Source: Puniceicoccales bacterium (lineage in GTDB: Bacteria > Verrucomicrobiota > Verrucomicrobiia > Opitutales > LL51). Taken from it: a DNA stretch of 64,000 nt. A program made the position numbers and the translations under genes. The DNA is taken from positions 11,565 through 75,564 of the forward strand of contig JAITBP010000010.1 of NCBI GenBank assembly GCA_031283585.1. Direction: 5' to 3'. Of the stretch, positions 1 through 8,898 are shown piece by piece; position 1 is the stretch's first letter, and each line of letters starts with the position of its first letter. Below the pieces are notes generated by a model. That model was not told the DNA's origin, made no database searches, and saw only the letters and a program-made list of their open reading frames with translations.

Positions 1-550
1 TGACAAAATTACATGCCTTGACATAAATTTCGCGCTGTTGCAGATCGGAATAGGTTTTAGCGGCAAACTTGGCAAAATCAGAATATTTCAATATATCAGC
101 CAATAAACTAGATGTTAGCCAATCTAACTTCACGCTTTTATCAAAAATTTTCAAAAATTCCTCACTGGTTTTCGAAATCACCCTTATGTTATATTCACGC
201 TGGAGATAACGACGAATGGCATTGGAAACAAGTACAGCAAACTCATCGGTTGTTTCAGGACCAATAAAGCTTCTTGAATGCTTTAAATCTCGTAAAACTT
301 CTTCGAAAGAGGACAACTGTACCGTCGGTAATTTTTTACCATTAAACCGTCGAAAAATCAGATATAATACCAGGACTAGCAATAATAATATCACAACGCC
401 TGCGAAAACCAAAGGCCAGAGATTACCTATTTCGACCGGAGGTATAGACGGCTTCAAGTCGAATACATCGACAACACTTTGCTCATCATCGGAACGAACC
501 AATGCTAGGCTAGAAATTAAAAGTAAAATAAAACACAACACAACTCTCAT
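1..550 (-). CDS. DUF4381-like membrane protein (Bat/aerotolerance-operon type), 3' end runs off the window
   Basis: Absent from the ORF track because no stop lies in the window. My reverse-strand translation from ATG 550-548 reads MRVVLCFILLLISSLALVRS..PPVEIGNLWPLVFAGVVILLLLVLVLYLIFRRF..VSNAIRRYLQREY... This gives a signal-like N-terminus, a TM after a P-x-W-P motif, a basic stop-transfer and an RRYL helix, as in DUF4381. The + strand ORF 216..605 is low-complexity antisense. Confidence 0.5.
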   Translation of the reverse strand, partial: MRVVLCFILLLISSLALVRSDDEQSVVDVFDLKPSIPPVEIGNLWPLVFAGVVILLLLVLVLYLIFRRFNGKKLPTVQLSSFEEVLRDLKHSRSFIGPETTDEFAVLVSNAIRRYLQREYNIRVISKTSEEFLKIFDKSVKLDWLTSSLLADILKYSDFAKFAAKTYSDLQQREIYVKACNFV

Positions 551-611
551 AATCGCTGCGTTAAATGATCCTACTTTCTGTATGCATCAAGTCAATAAAT
601 TCTAATCAAAA

Positions 612-1238
612 TCATGCAAGTTTGCAACAAATTTGACACGAAGCAATGTTATGCCCCCTTGCTTTACAAAATTCCCTACCGAATAAAATCATACGAATAT
701 GCAGGTCATGCCATTTGGTTTTATCGAACAGATTTTTGAGATCTGCTTCTGTTTGGGCCACATTTTTACCACTGCTAAGCCTCCAGCGCCTGGCCAGTCT
801 ATGAATATGCGTATCCACCGGAAATGCATATCCACCAAAGGCTTGAGAATAGACCACCGAAGCAGTTTTGTGCCCCACTCCAGGCAGAGATTCAAGCTCT
901 TCCAGCGAATCTGGTACCTTGCCATTAAACCTCGAGATCAACGTTTCTGCCATATATTTTATAGCCCTTGCCTTGTTTCTGAATAAGCCGCAGGGTCTTA
1001 TTGCGGATTCCAATGAATTGACCGACAGCTGCAAAATATCACCCGGAGTTGATGCCATACTGAACAGCTCTTTTGTCACCCGATTAACCACCCTATCGGT
1101 GCACTGGGCAGATAATATCACCGCAATTAGTAAGGTGAATGGGTCGTTATGACATAGTGGTATATCGATTTTTGGATAGATTTTACTGAGGATTTTTTCC
1201 ACAAAATTTGCCCGGTCAAATATGTCATTTATTTGCAT
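612..1238 (-). CDS. nth: endonuclease III (DNA glycosylase/AP lyase)
   Basis: 208 aa. HhH-GPD motif LPGVGHKTASVV, then VDTHIHRLARRW and a C-terminal Cys cluster CKARGHNIASCQICC. Confidence 0.9.
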   Translation of the reverse strand: MQINDIFDRANFVEKILSKIYPKIDIPLCHNDPFTLLIAVILSAQCTDRVVNRVTKELFSMASTPGDILQLSVNSLESAIRPCGLFRNKARAIKYMAETLISRFNGKVPDSLEELESLPGVGHKTASVVYSQAFGGYAFPVDTHIHRLARRWRLSSGKNVAQTEADLKNLFDKTKWHDLHIRMILFGREFCKARGHNIASCQICCKLA

Positions 1239-2172
1239 CTTCAGACAACCTATCTATTACCGCGGCAAAGTCATCAGGAAAATTTGAGAAAAAACCCATT
1301 TCCTTGCCAGTTACAGGATGAACTAACTCCAGGTTCATCGCATGCAGCATAACGCGATCACATTCGATGGCATTTGTATTACAAGCTTGGCCATAGGTCC
1401 TATCGCCAAGGATTGGATGGCCAATATGGCTCAGATGTACGCGGATTTGATGGGTTCTGCCGGTAATCGTATTTACGCTTAAAAGTGCCGTCGATTTAAA
1501 ATTATTGCACAGGTTCCATATGGTCCTGGCCTCTCGCCCCTTGGTTGTAACACACATACGTGTTCTTAGGGTTCTACTCCTACCGATCGGTTCATCTATT
1601 ATGCCGGTTTTGATAGAAAAATTTCCGTGAACTATACAGCTATATTTTTTCTTGATGACATGGCGAGAGAACTGTTTTTGAAGAGATAAGTAGGCTTTAT
1701 CTGTCTTAGCAAAGATGATTACTCCAGAGGTTTCCTTATCTAACCTATGGACGACGCCTGGCCTGAGCTCACCGCCAAGTTGGCTTAAGTCGCAATGGGA
1801 AAGCACCATTTCTACCAGGGTCGTCTCTCTGGTGCCATTTCCTCCATGGACAACAATACCTGGTCTTTTATCAATAACTATCAACGATTCGTCTTCGAAA
1901 ATTATGTCTATTGGTGCCGGGGTTGGATTCAGGCTGCATTTTTTGGATTTTATCTTTAAAAATTTCACCACGTCACCGGATTTTAACAAAAAATTTTTCT
2001 TTACCGGTCTGTCATTAACAAACACTCCATCCGCCGTGAAAAATTTCTGAATATAGGTCCTTGATATGTCATCAAGTGCTTCTGACAGAAACACATCTAC
2101 TCTTTTGCCTACCGAATTATCTTCCACAGAAATTTCCTGCCAATTACTATAATCTATGCTATGATTTGTCAT
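1225..2172 (-). CDS. rluD: RluA/RluD-family 23S rRNA pseudouridine synthase
   Basis: 315 aa. N-terminal S4-like segment (GKRVDVFLSE) and catalytic motif HRLDKETSGVIIFAK. Confidence 0.9.
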   Translation of the reverse strand: MTNHSIDYSNWQEISVEDNSVGKRVDVFLSEALDDISRTYIQKFFTADGVFVNDRPVKKNFLLKSGDVVKFLKIKSKKCSLNPTPAPIDIIFEDESLIVIDKRPGIVVHGGNGTRETTLVEMVLSHCDLSQLGGELRPGVVHRLDKETSGVIIFAKTDKAYLSLQKQFSRHVIKKKYSCIVHGNFSIKTGIIDEPIGRSRTLRTRMCVTTKGREARTIWNLCNNFKSTALLSVNTITGRTHQIRVHLSHIGHPILGDRTYGQACNTNAIECDRVMLHAMNLELVHPVTGKEMGFFSNFPDDFAAVIDRLSEDANK

Positions 2173-2346
2173 TTGATCGTAAAATTTCTAAGCCATGTAT
2201 TGGATGATGGCGACAATAATAAAGCGATCAATGGATAGCAATCCATGTTTGCAATTATATATTTTAGCTATTTCGTTACCCATGGTTCTGGGAATTAATA
2301 AATTTTTCTTTCAATTCGTTTTTAATTCATTTAGCTAATCACACTA

Positions 2347-3246
2347 GTGGATGAGGGTGTTTCAGTGTTTAATCGCTATACTAAACTGGTTGAAATTGAA
2401 CCAGTGTATGGCGAAGCGTACCTTAAATGGTTGTACTTCAGCCCTATTGGTGAACTTACCCTTAATCTACTCGTTAAAAGGAAGTTCGTTTCGTCGATTT
2501 TCGGGACGTACATGCGATCAAAAAGATCAAAAAATAAAATAGTTCCGTTTATAGAAAAATATAATATAAGCACCGAATCCTTCGAAAAAAAGGTCGATGA
2601 TTTTTTTTCATTTGATGATTTTTTTTCCAGAAAGCTTAAAAAAACTGCCAGGCCAGTGGTTACGGAAGATGGACATGTTGTGTTTCCCTGTGATGGAAGG
2701 CACCTGGTTATAGAAAATACATACGATCTGCCGCCATTTTTTGTAAAAGGCCAAAAATTTGATATAAATTCACTATTATTAAATAAGCAATTACTTGGCC
2801 GGATTAGGGATGGATCGGTCGTTATCTCGAGACTCAATCCGATAGATTACCACAGGTTCCATTTCCCATGCAATTGTGTACCAACCCAGCATTACAGTAT
2901 AAATGGCGATTATCTATCAGTGAACCCTATTGTCACCAAGGAATTTTTTAAAATTTTTCTTCAGAACAGACGTGAAGTTACGCTATTGGAAACGGATGAT
3001 ATAGGTCACATTGTTATGGTTGAGGTTGGAGCCACGTTTGTTGGCAGCATATATCAAACATTTGATCTTGGTGGTAAATATTATGCCGGCCAAGAAAAGG
3101 GATATTTTGGGTTTGGTGGATCGACGATTATAACAATTTTTGAAAAACACAAAATCAAGTTTTCTGATGATATCATCGAAAACTCAAGAAAGGGAATGGA
3201 GACCTATGTGTTGATGGGAGATTCTATGGGAACAAAAGTAAAATAA
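2347..3246 (+). CDS. psd: phosphatidylserine decarboxylase proenzyme
   Basis: 299 aa. Motifs FPCDGRH, YHRFHFP and the G-S-T self-cleavage site in YFGFGGSTII. The ORF-track start at 2347 is GTG. Confidence 0.85.
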   Translation: MDEGVSVFNRYTKLVEIEPVYGEAYLKWLYFSPIGELTLNLLVKRKFVSSIFGTYMRSKRSKNKIVPFIEKYNISTESFEKKVDDFFSFDDFFSRKLKKTARPVVTEDGHVVFPCDGRHLVIENTYDLPPFFVKGQKFDINSLLLNKQLLGRIRDGSVVISRLNPIDYHRFHFPCNCVPTQHYSINGDYLSVNPIVTKEFFKIFLQNRREVTLLETDDIGHIVMVEVGATFVGSIYQTFDLGGKYYAGQEKGYFGFGGSTIITIFEKHKIKFSDDIIENSRKGMETYVLMGDSMGTKVK

Positions 3247-3280
3247 ATCTACAAAACAAAAACAAAAAAGGGGATTAAGT

Positions 3281-3787
3281 ATGAAACGATTATATGTCGT
3301 CCGTCATGCTCAGGCGGTTGTTGATAACGACACGCCTGATTATGACCGGGCATTGAGTAAGGATGGGATAAATGAAGCACAAAATGTGGCTTACAAGTTG
3401 GCTTCCACAGGAATGCGACCAGACCTGATGATTACGAGCGGTGCAAGGCGATCGCTGGACACAGCAAGAATCATCAGAGAAGTGTTTGGCCTTTTGTCTA
3501 GCGCGATACAGGTACATGATGAACTATACCTTGCCGATGCTGACAAGATTTTCGAAGCACTTACACAGATTCCTGATAACAAGAATTCTGTCATGGTTAT
3601 ATCTCATAATCCTGGTATATCCAGGTTTTTGGAAGACATAACTGGTAATGATAAGGTAACCATGACCACAGGATCTATGGCGGTGGTTGAAATCCATGCT
3701 ATGCATTGGAGCGATATTGCCTCAAGACCACATATGGGTCGACAATTGATTTTTTTTTCACCTCATAGTGTTACAGATCATGAATAA
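3281..3787 (+). CDS. sixA: phosphohistidine phosphatase SixA (histidine phosphatase superfamily)
   Basis: 168 aa. N-terminal RHA motif (LYVVRHAQA) and downstream SHNPG. A GGGGA RBS-like site lies upstream of the ATG. Confidence 0.75.
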   Translation: MKRLYVVRHAQAVVDNDTPDYDRALSKDGINEAQNVAYKLASTGMRPDLMITSGARRSLDTARIIREVFGLLSSAIQVHDELYLADADKIFEALTQIPDNKNSVMVISHNPGISRFLEDITGNDKVTMTTGSMAVVEIHAMHWSDIASRPHMGRQLIFFSPHSVTDHE

Positions 3788-4325
3788 GAGAACTGTTGTT
3801 ATTATTGGCAATGGGGTTGAAGAGACTGAGCTGGTGGTACCAGTGGATATGTTACGAAGGGCCGGGACCGATGTTAAAATCCTGTCCATCGATGATAAAA
3901 TTGTCATTGGATCTAACAATATCTCAGTGGTAGCAGATGGGTTGCTGCGTGACTATAGGTACGATAAACCGGATTGTATTTTGCTACCCGGAGGCCCCTG
4001 GGCATTAAAAGCTAGACACAATCAGGATGTGCTTGGCCTTGTAAAAGATCAGTATGATAATAAACTAGTCGTGGCAGCTATTTGTGCGGCCCCATTGATC
4101 CTGAATGATGCCGGTGTGCTCGATGGCCACGAATACACTTCTCATTTTTCCGTGAAACTGGAGTGTTCCGATGTGACCAGGCCGGTTATTCTGGATGGCA
4201 ATATAATTACGGCAAGAGGCCCCGGGGCAGCCATAGAATTTGGCATTGCAATAATAACAAAGCTCTATGGACAGACAACAACCTTTGGCATAGCAAATGC
4301 CATGTGCATACCCATGACAAAATAA
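3768..4325 (+). CDS. DJ-1/PfpI family protein
   Basis: 185 aa. Nucleophile-elbow motif AAICAAPLIL and the GGPWA motif. The likely true start is ATG 3780 (MNKRTVVIIG), which overlaps the sixA stop. Confidence 0.8.
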   Translation: MLQIMNKRTVVIIGNGVEETELVVPVDMLRRAGTDVKILSIDDKIVIGSNNISVVADGLLRDYRYDKPDCILLPGGPWALKARHNQDVLGLVKDQYDNKLVVAAICAAPLILNDAGVLDGHEYTSHFSVKLECSDVTRPVILDGNIITARGPGAAIEFGIAIITKLYGQTTTFGIANAMCIPMTK

Positions 4326-4335
4326 CCAGGAATAT

Positions 4336-4869
4336 TTAGGAAATTAACGACGATGCAGCATCAATTACAAGTTTTTCAATACTGGCAAGATCCGGCTGGT
4401 GCTTTAATATGGCACCTAGACCCGTCGCAATGTCTTTAATATCTGATGGATAGTTACTTATGTCTGCGTTTACATTTATACCAATGCCGGAAACGGCTAC
4501 CAGTATTTTATTATTGAGGACCTTTGTTTCTGTCAACACCCCGGCCAACTTTTTGCCATTGAAATATATATCGTTTGGGTATTTTAGTGTGAATTTTACA
4601 TGAAACATGTCGGCCAATCCGTCGACCACCAATCCAGCAAATTTGGTCGAGAAGTTAGAAAAATCTTCCGGTGTTTGCTTTGGCTTGAAAGCGATCGACA
4701 GGTATAAATTTTTGTCAGCAGGGCTATACCATCGACGATCAAACTTACCACGACCAGCGGTCTGTTTTTCAGCGATTACTATAAACGGCGTTGGTTGCTG
4801 ATTTTTTTCCAGCAAATCAAAAGCATAGTTATTTGTACTATCGATGATTTTTAGTCTAAAAATTTGCAT
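4336..4869 (-). CDS. birA: biotin--[acetyl-CoA-carboxylase] ligase, short form (catalytic domain only)
   Basis: 177 aa. Motif QTAGRGKFDRRWYSP (the GRGRxGRxW biotin-binding loop) and KYPNDIY..GKKLAGVL. There is no N-terminal HTH and no obvious C-terminal cap domain. Confidence 0.75.
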   Translation of the reverse strand: MQIFRLKIIDSTNNYAFDLLEKNQQPTPFIVIAEKQTAGRGKFDRRWYSPADKNLYLSIAFKPKQTPEDFSNFSTKFAGLVVDGLADMFHVKFTLKYPNDIYFNGKKLAGVLTETKVLNNKILVAVSGIGINVNADISNYPSDIKDIATGLGAILKHQPDLASIEKLVIDAASSLIS

Positions 4870-4904
4870 ATTTCATTTTTATATTGTAAAAACATTTCGT
4901 AAAT

Positions 4905-5507
4905 ATGCCATTTACGTCAATGACCAATGGAAAACTTTTCATAATCTCTGGGCCGGCCGGAGTTGGTAAGTCTACAGTTTGTAAAAATTTACTAGCATCG
5001 ACAGGTGACAAAACACTTTGTCGAGTCATAACGATGACCACAAGAAAGCCAAGGCATAATGAAGTCCATGCGGAAGATTACCACTTTGTTTCCGAACAGT
5101 ATTTTGAAGATTGTATCAGAAAAAATAAGTTACTTGAGTATGCAACAGTTTACGAAAAAGCTAGATATGGTACCCCAAAGGAATTTGTTATCGAAAGTTT
5201 ATTGAAAGGAATCAATTTATTACTTGTGATAGATGTCCAAGGAATGATTGGAATTAAAAAAAATATACTGCCAGAATTGCTGCCTAATGTGGTCACCATA
5301 TTTATTTTACCAGCATCGCTGGCCACGGTGGTCGATAGATTAACTCACAGGAATTCCGAATCTCTTGATGAGCTTCATCGCCGGATAAAATCCGCGGAAG
5401 ATGAGATCAAGATGGCCCGGGAATATGACTATAACATTCTTAGTGGTAATGAGCTTGAGGATTTATTATCACTGAAGAAGATCTATGAGCTAGAAACATG
5501 CGTATAA
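4905..5507 (+). CDS. gmk: guanylate kinase
   Basis: 200 aa. P-loop GPAGVGKST, TTRKPR and EYATVY motifs. Confidence 0.9.
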   Translation: MPFTSMTNGKLFIISGPAGVGKSTVCKNLLASTGDKTLCRVITMTTRKPRHNEVHAEDYHFVSEQYFEDCIRKNKLLEYATVYEKARYGTPKEFVIESLLKGINLLLVIDVQGMIGIKKNILPELLPNVVTIFILPASLATVVDRLTHRNSESLDELHRRIKSAEDEIKMAREYDYNILSGNELEDLLSLKKIYELETCV

Positions 5508-6064
5508 CCGGAGGAGTCGCCAAAAGTATAAAACTGGCATTGCTGGAATGCGGGTCATTGCGGCCAGCCACGGATTTTCTCAGACAGGCGGTGTTTTCAT
5601 CGCTTGGAGGCATAACCGTGGGGAAAAAATTCCTTGATCTATTTGCCGGCACAGGAGCCTATGGGCTAGAATCACTTAGTAGAGGTGCTATCGGTGGCCT
5701 ATTTGTTGAAATAAATTTTTCTTTGAAATCAATTCTACAGAAAAACATAAATGCCGTTTCCAAAAGTATCGACATCGACAGCTCCTGTTGCGGTATCATC
5801 ATAGGCAATGGCCTGACATTTTATTCCAAAGAAAAGTTTGATCTGGTCTTCATTGATCCACCCTATGATATCTCGAGAAGTTCATCGGATAGGCTTCTAG
5901 TAAACGCTCTGACACTTCTGTCGGACAGCTATGATGCACGGTTGATATTTGAAGTGCCTTCGGACTTGCCATCGCCGGTAATACATGGATTACATGAGAT
6001 AAACCGTATCGGTAAAAGTAATAAAAGAAATAGCCCGGCTGCCATAATATATGGAAAAAGTTGA
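5498..6064 (+). CDS. rsmD: 16S rRNA (guanine966-N2)-methyltransferase RsmD family
   Basis: 188 aa. SAM motif DLFAGTGAYGLESLSRGA and catalytic FIDPPY. Confidence 0.85.
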   Translation: MRITGGVAKSIKLALLECGSLRPATDFLRQAVFSSLGGITVGKKFLDLFAGTGAYGLESLSRGAIGGLFVEINFSLKSILQKNINAVSKSIDIDSSCCGIIIGNGLTFYSKEKFDLVFIDPPYDISRSSSDRLLVNALTLLSDSYDARLIFEVPSDLPSPVIHGLHEINRIGKSNKRNSPAAIIYGKS

Positions 6065-7762
6065 TCACTCATCCATGTTATTTTCATCAGAAAATTGCAT
6101 GATTTCGGCTAGAGTTGTCCTGCCTTTTTTTACCTGTTCCCAGGCACATTTTGACAACGTTTCCATCCCGTGTTCTATGGCTATATCTCGTATTATTTTC
6201 GTCGGCGTACCCTTTATGATTTCCGAATGAAGTCTGTCATTTACCACAAGAACCTCAAACACAGCGAGTCTTCCACGGAACCCATTTTTACATTTATCAC
6301 AGCCTTTGCCTTCGAATATTTTATCGCTAAATTGTATTTCGTCTTTAGGGTCTATCCCAAGGGCTTTTAGGCAGTGGCTCAGTTCAGCCTCTTCGTATTT
6401 CTTTGGTTTTGCACAGTGTGGACAAAGTTTCCTGACCAATCTTTGGGCTACCACCAATTGTAATGAACTTGCGATCATGAATGGCTCGAGATTCATGTCT
6501 ACTAATCTTGAAATCGCTCCAGCTGAGTCATTTGTATGTAATGTACTGAGCACAAGGTGTCCGGTAATAGAGGCTCTTATGGCTATGTCAGCCGTTTCCT
6601 GATCTCTTATCTCACCTATCATCACCACATCCGGATCTTGCCTCAATATGGAACGCAATGCACTGGCAAAGGTCATGCCGATGTCTGACTGAACCTGGCA
6701 TTGGTTTATACCAGCGATTTCGTACTCCACAGGGTCTTCCACAGTTATTATCCTGATTTCCGGCGATCTTATCTTTCTTATACAGGCTCCAAGCATTGTT
6801 GATTTACCAGAACCTGTTGGACCGGTTACCAATACGATACCATGCGGCCTGGTTATTGCATTCACTATCTTTTTTAACTCAGGTTCTCCCAGCCCCATGT
6901 CTTCTATGGATACTGGTGCATCACCCAGGTCCAATAGACGAAGGCTGATGCTTTCTCCATATACCATTGGCAATGTGGACACACGTATATCCACAGATTT
7001 TTCGCTTGATTTAAAAGATATACGGCCATCCTGAGGTCTTCTTTTCTCAGAAATGTTCAATTTGGCCATGATCTTTAGGCGAGAAATTACCGCTGCCTGG
7101 TAATAGATCAAATTTGGCGGAAGTTTGACTGGTACAAGCGCACCATCAATACGATATCTTATTTGCAAAGCATTCTTTTGGGGCTCAAAGTGAATATCGG
7201 TGGCTCTATCTATGAGCGCCTGTTTTATTACCTCATTTACGAATTTTATTATTACAGCATCTTCATCTTCGTCAATGACTTCTGATTTTGCCTGAAGATT
7301 ACCACTTTCATCACCCTCTAGAAAATTATCTGCTCCAACACCAAATTTGGCGTTTATTATCTTTTTTATTTCACTGGCATCACCCAGGAGATATTTGTGA
7401 TCGCTTGGACAGGCGGCCTTCATCCAACGCTTCATCATTTCATTCGGTGGCCAGCCAAAAATTATGGCAATCGATTCATCTTCCTGCTTTATAGGAATGC
7501 ATATATATTCATGGATGATTTGTGATGGGATTACCGCCGTTATATCATCACAGGCCTCGAATTTCTCAACAAACTCCAAACCTGAGGCTTTGGATAACCA
7601 GCTATAGGTATCCTTGATACTATAATCCAATTTTTCTGCAAGAACTTTGGCTCTTTTTTCAATTTGTGCACCGAGAATATCGCTTTCAACGTCACTGCCA
7701 AGTTCACTAATCTTATTTTCCAAATTATCCATTTTTACATAAATAATACCATTGTCTACCAA
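6065..7762 (-). CDS. gspE: type II secretion / type IV pilus assembly ATPase (GspE/PilB family)
   Basis: 565 aa. Walker A GPTGSGKST, Asp box, Walker B VMIGEIRD, His box and a tetracysteine motif CPHC..CDKC. The track start 7762 is TTG; ATG 7732 (MDNLENK) is more likely. Confidence 0.9.
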   Translation of the reverse strand: MVDNGIIYVKMDNLENKISELGSDVESDILGAQIEKRAKVLAEKLDYSIKDTYSWLSKASGLEFVEKFEACDDITAVIPSQIIHEYICIPIKQEDESIAIIFGWPPNEMMKRWMKAACPSDHKYLLGDASEIKKIINAKFGVGADNFLEGDESGNLQAKSEVIDEDEDAVIIKFVNEVIKQALIDRATDIHFEPQKNALQIRYRIDGALVPVKLPPNLIYYQAAVISRLKIMAKLNISEKRRPQDGRISFKSSEKSVDIRVSTLPMVYGESISLRLLDLGDAPVSIEDMGLGEPELKKIVNAITRPHGIVLVTGPTGSGKSTMLGACIRKIRSPEIRIITVEDPVEYEIAGINQCQVQSDIGMTFASALRSILRQDPDVVMIGEIRDQETADIAIRASITGHLVLSTLHTNDSAGAISRLVDMNLEPFMIASSLQLVVAQRLVRKLCPHCAKPKKYEEAELSHCLKALGIDPKDEIQFSDKIFEGKGCDKCKNGFRGRLAVFEVLVVNDRLHSEIIKGTPTKIIRDIAIEHGMETLSKCAWEQVKKGRTTLAEIMQFSDENNMDE

Positions 7763-8883
7763 TCATAACCATCGTAATCATCATAATAATCATAGTCGCC
7801 GTAGCTACTATTCTCACTACTACTATAGTAATTATTATCATATGAATTACTATTACCCTGTTGCTCACCTGGTACTATTTGCTTTCCCTGTTTTAGTATC
7901 TCCAGATCCTGCTCCCTTCCATTTTGCTGTTTGATTCGTATAACTTTTTTAATCGGATCATAGGCCACAATGGAAAGTGGATCAGCTTCATTGGTTGAGT
8001 TTGTATTAATCACAAAACTTCGTTTCTCAGCCTTGTTATAGAAACTGAAAAAGTCTCCTTTGCTTTTACTATTTTTACCAAATGTAAGAATGCCATGGAA
8101 TTCCAGATCCAGCTTTGGTAAAGAATCCATATTTGGGGTTGCATCTTTATCTTCGCCTTCTTTGTCTTTGCTACCTTTTTTATCACTGGGTTTTTCCACC
8201 GGAGCTGGAGGAATATATTTACCAAATGGAGAATTCTCCAACAAAGAATCAAATTTCAATAACTCCTTATTAATTGGCTTATCCTGGTCCTCATCTTCGG
8301 CTGACTCATCCTCATCAGATTTATCATCGGATTCTTCGGAGGATTCCTCTTTATCCTGGTCCTCATCATCAGAGGATTCCTCCTCGTCATCAGATTTATC
8401 ATCGGACTCTTCGGAGGATTCTTCTTTATCCTGGTCCTCATCATCAGCTGATTCCTCGTCGTCGGATTTGTCGGCCACAGCTTCGGCGGGCTTATTGCTA
8501 CCAGCTGCTGCCACACCAGCTTTGCTCTTATCAGGTTTAGCGGCATCTTCGGAGGATTCTTCTTTATTCTTGCCCTCGTCATCAGAAGATTCCTTGTCGT
8601 CGGATTTGTCGGCCACAGCTTTGACTGGCTTATTGCCACCAGCTGCGGCCACACCAGCTTTGCTCTTATCAGGTTTGGCGGCATCTTCGGAGGATTCTTC
8701 TTTATCCTGGTCCTCATCATCAGCTGATTCCTCGTCGTCGGATTTATCGGCCACAGCTTCGGCAGGCTTATTGCCACCGGCTGCGGTCGCATCCGCCTTA
8801 CTCGGATTAGAATTTTCAGCTGTAGCTATATTAACCAGCAGAAGAATTGCTAAAAATACTTTAATAGCATCGCGCATCGTCAT
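7756..8883 (-). CDS. secreted acidic tandem-repeat protein with a C-terminal beta-rich domain; possible GspC/PilP-like secretin partner
   Basis: 375 aa. Signal peptide MTMRDAIKVFLAILLLVNIATA, three 46-aa acidic repeats, and a beta-rich segment LEFHGILTFGK..FFSFYNKAEKRSFVI..IVAYDPIKKVIRIKQ that resembles HR/PilP-type domains. It ends in a Tyr/Asp tail YGDYDYYDDYDGYDW. It lies between the secretin and the ATPase. Confidence 0.4.
   Translation of the reverse strand: MTMRDAIKVFLAILLLVNIATAENSNPSKADATAAGGNKPAEAVADKSDDEESADDEDQDKEESSEDAAKPDKSKAGVAAAGGNKPVKAVADKSDDKESSDDEGKNKEESSEDAAKPDKSKAGVAAAGSNKPAEAVADKSDDEESADDEDQDKEESSEESDDKSDDEEESSDDEDQDKEESSEESDDKSDEDESAEDEDQDKPINKELLKFDSLLENSPFGKYIPPAPVEKPSDKKGSKDKEGEDKDATPNMDSLPKLDLEFHGILTFGKNSKSKGDFFSFYNKAEKRSFVINTNSTNEADPLSIVAYDPIKKVIRIKQQNGREQDLEILKQGKQIVPGEQQGNSNSYDNNYYSSSENSSYGDYDYYDDYDGYDW
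8271..8781. repeat. in-frame tandem repeats: about 2.7 x 138 bp, followed by shorter acidic repeats
   Basis: The string cggattt(g/a)tcggccacag recurs at 8463, 8601 and 8739, an exact 138-bp spacing. The encoded unit is AGGNKPAEAVADKSDDEESADDEDQDKEESSEDAAKPDKSKAGVAA. Confidence 0.9.
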
Positions 8884-8898
8884 AATAAGTTTAATTCA

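Noticed and set aside
1-13. 13-nt match tgacaaaattaca between the window start and 49583
   Set aside because: A match of this length is expected by chance many times in 64 kb of AT-rich sequence.
216-605. 129-aa + strand ORF at the window start
   Set aside because: The translation is low-complexity (S/T/N/K-rich). The opposite strand encodes a well-structured DUF4381-like membrane protein that runs off the window.
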